From positions 160,001-224,000 of the forward strand of contig CAVTHS010000014.1 in assembly GCA_963734535.1 (NCBI GenBank): a DNA stretch of 64,000 bases, given 5' to 3'. A program made the position numbers and the translations under genes. This stretch comes from an uncultured Chloroflexia bacterium. GTDB lineage: Bacteria > Chloroflexota > Limnocylindria > Limnocylindrales > CSP1-4. Below the pieces are notes generated by a model. The model saw only the letters and a list, made by a program, of their open reading frames with translations. It ran no database searches and was not told the origin of the DNA. Of this stretch, positions 62,526 through 64,000 are shown piece by piece (the stretch's first letter is position 1; each line of letters opens with the position of its first letter).

Positions 62526-62954
62526 ATGCCCTTCCGGCTGGAGATCGTCACCCCCGAGAAACGCGCCTACGCGGACGACGTTGACTTCGCGACGCTGCCC
62601 GGGAGCGAGGGCGAGCTGGGCATCCTGCCGCATCACGCACCGCTCATCTCGATCCTGGGGGCCGGTGAGCTGCGCGTCCGGAAGGGCGGCGTCGAGGAGT
62701 TGTTCGCGATCATCGGCGGCTTCGTCCAGGTGCTGCCCGACAAGGTGGTCGTGATGGCCGAGACCGCGGACCTGGCGTCCGAGATCGACCTGGAGCGGGC
62801 GCAGGAGGCCCGCCAGGCGGCCCAGCGTGCCCTGGAGGCCGGGATCGTGGAGCCGGTCGACCTCGCGCAGGCCCGCGCGGAGCTGCAGGCGGCCGTCGTC
62901 CGGATCCGGGTTGCCGAGCGCCGTCACCGGGAGGGGCCGCACCGGCGCGGGTAG
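62526..62954 (+). CDS. atpC: ATP synthase F1 subunit epsilon
   Basis: LEIVTPE, GELGILPHHAP, GGFVQV. Confidence 0.97.
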   Translation: MPFRLEIVTPEKRAYADDVDFATLPGSEGELGILPHHAPLISILGAGELRVRKGGVEELFAIIGGFVQVLPDKVVVMAETADLASEIDLERAQEARQAAQRALEAGIVEPVDLAQARAELQAAVVRIRVAERRHREGPHRRG

Positions 62955-62979
62955 CGCCGGAAGCGGCCTGGAGACGGCC

Positions 62980-64000
62980 ATGGCGGACGCCCGCCCGTTC
63001 CACTGGGAGTACACCCCCGAACCGGTTGCCCGCGAGGTCTTCCGGATCGAGGGAGGCCGCCCGCTGGCCGGCACGATCATGGTGAGCGGCGCGAAGAACG
63101 CCGCCCTCAAGCTGCTGGCCGCCTCGGTCCTGACCGGCGAGCGCTGCCGTTTCACGAACGTGCCGGAGATCGAGGACGTCCGCGTGATGGTCGCGACGCT
63201 GGTCGACCTGGGCGTGGTCGTGGACCACCCCGCCCCGGGCGTCTACGAGGTGGCGTCGGGCGACGTGGACTGGCTCTTCGTCCCGCTCGAGGCGGCCGCC
63301 AAGATGCGGGCGAGCTTCATCCTTCTCGGGCCGCTCCTCTCGCGGTTCGGCCGCGTGATCATGAGCAACCCGGGCGGCGACCGGATCGGGCGGCGTCCGG
63401 TCAACCTGCACGTGGACGCGATGCGCGCGCTGGGTGCCGAGATCGAGTACCGCAACGGCTACTACTTCGCGAAGGCGCCCGGCCGGCTCCGCGGCGGGGA
63501 CGTCACGTTCCCGTTCGTCTCCGTGATGGGGACCGAGAACGCGATGCTGGCCGCCACGCTCGCCGAAGGGACGACGACGATCCGGCCGGCCGCCCAGGAG
63601 CCCGAGGTGGACGACCTGATCGCGTTCCTCCAGAAGATGGGCGCCTCGGTGGAGCGCGCCGCCCCGGACACGATCGTCGTGGACGGCCGACGCCGGCTCC
63701 GCGGCGCCGACCACCACGTGATCCCGGACCGGATCGAGGCCGGAACGTTCGTCGTCGCGGCAGCCGTCGCCGGCGGGCACGTGACGCTGGAAGGCGCGCC
63801 GTGCGACCACCTTGGGGCGTTCCTGGAGACGCTCGCCGCAATGGGTGTCAACGTCGCCTGCGGCCGGGACTCGATCGAGGTCCGCGGTATCCCGCCAGGC
63901 GAGGGCGCCTACAAGCCCTGCGACGTGGAGACGGCGCCGTATCCCGGCCTCGCCACGGACCTCCAGTCGCCGGTCAGCGTGCTCCTCACCCGCGGCCAGG
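62980..64000 (+). CDS. murA: UDP-N-acetylglucosamine enolpyruvyl transferase (3' end outside window)
   Basis: Not in the ORF track because it has no stop in the window. SGAKNAAL, MRASF, PGGDRIGRRP, SVMGTEN, IPDRIEAGT, PYPGLATDLQ. Confidence 0.96.
   Translation, partial: MADARPFHWEYTPEPVAREVFRIEGGRPLAGTIMVSGAKNAALKLLAASVLTGERCRFTNVPEIEDVRVMVATLVDLGVVVDHPAPGVYEVASGDVDWLFVPLEAAAKMRASFILLGPLLSRFGRVIMSNPGGDRIGRRPVNLHVDAMRALGAEIEYRNGYYFAKAPGRLRGGDVTFPFVSVMGTENAMLAATLAEGTTTIRPAAQEPEVDDLIAFLQKMGASVERAAPDTIVVDGRRRLRGADHHVIPDRIEAGTFVVAAAVAGGHVTLEGAPCDHLGAFLETLAAMGVNVACGRDSIEVRGIPPGEGAYKPCDVETAPYPGLATDLQSPVSVLLTRGQ

Overview
This is a high-GC bacterial chromosomal window. Gene content and style suggest Chloroflexota, possibly a Limnocylindria-like lineage; this is inference only. 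The left part (1-19 kb) is accessory: kdpB-kdpC plus a kinase-less kdpD, an aldo-keto reductase, a VOC protein, an ABC-2 exporter, a hydrolase, a K+ channel, a decayed membrane gene, and a LacI-controlled sucrose/fructoside ABC catabolic cluster that abuts the 3' end of tmRNA. The middle (19-39.6 kb, mostly minus strand) is core: ssrA, smpB, ctpA, ftsEX, prfB with its programmed +1 frameshift, secA, prs, gyrA, gyrB and parAB, with a parS site just upstream. The right part (40-64 kb, plus strand) holds mreD-pbp2-rodA, DUF2344, an ABC-2 pair, rplU-rpmA-rpmE, DUF1385-prfA-prmC, a HAD hydrolase, glyA, a wecA/tagO-like gene, a K+ channel, a complete F-type atp operon and murA (the Cys-to-Asp, fosfomycin-insensitive type). 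About 11 single-base indels break otherwise intact genes, including gyrA and parB, and are best read as sequencing errors. The most unusual signals are small. (i) A yybP-ykoY (Mn2+) riboswitch leads a 75-aa Zn-ribbon protein rather than a Mn transporter. (ii) A promoter, a 13-nt perfect match to the anti-SD end of 16S rRNA, a 17-codon ORF and a multi-hairpin structure lie directly upstream of smpB. (iii) A 74-aa protein with a twin CxxxCxxC motif abuts the start of prfB. (iv) An esterase and an SPP-type GH13_18 phosphorylase sit inside a sugar ABC cluster. I saw no CRISPR array, rRNA, tRNA, transposase or integrase.
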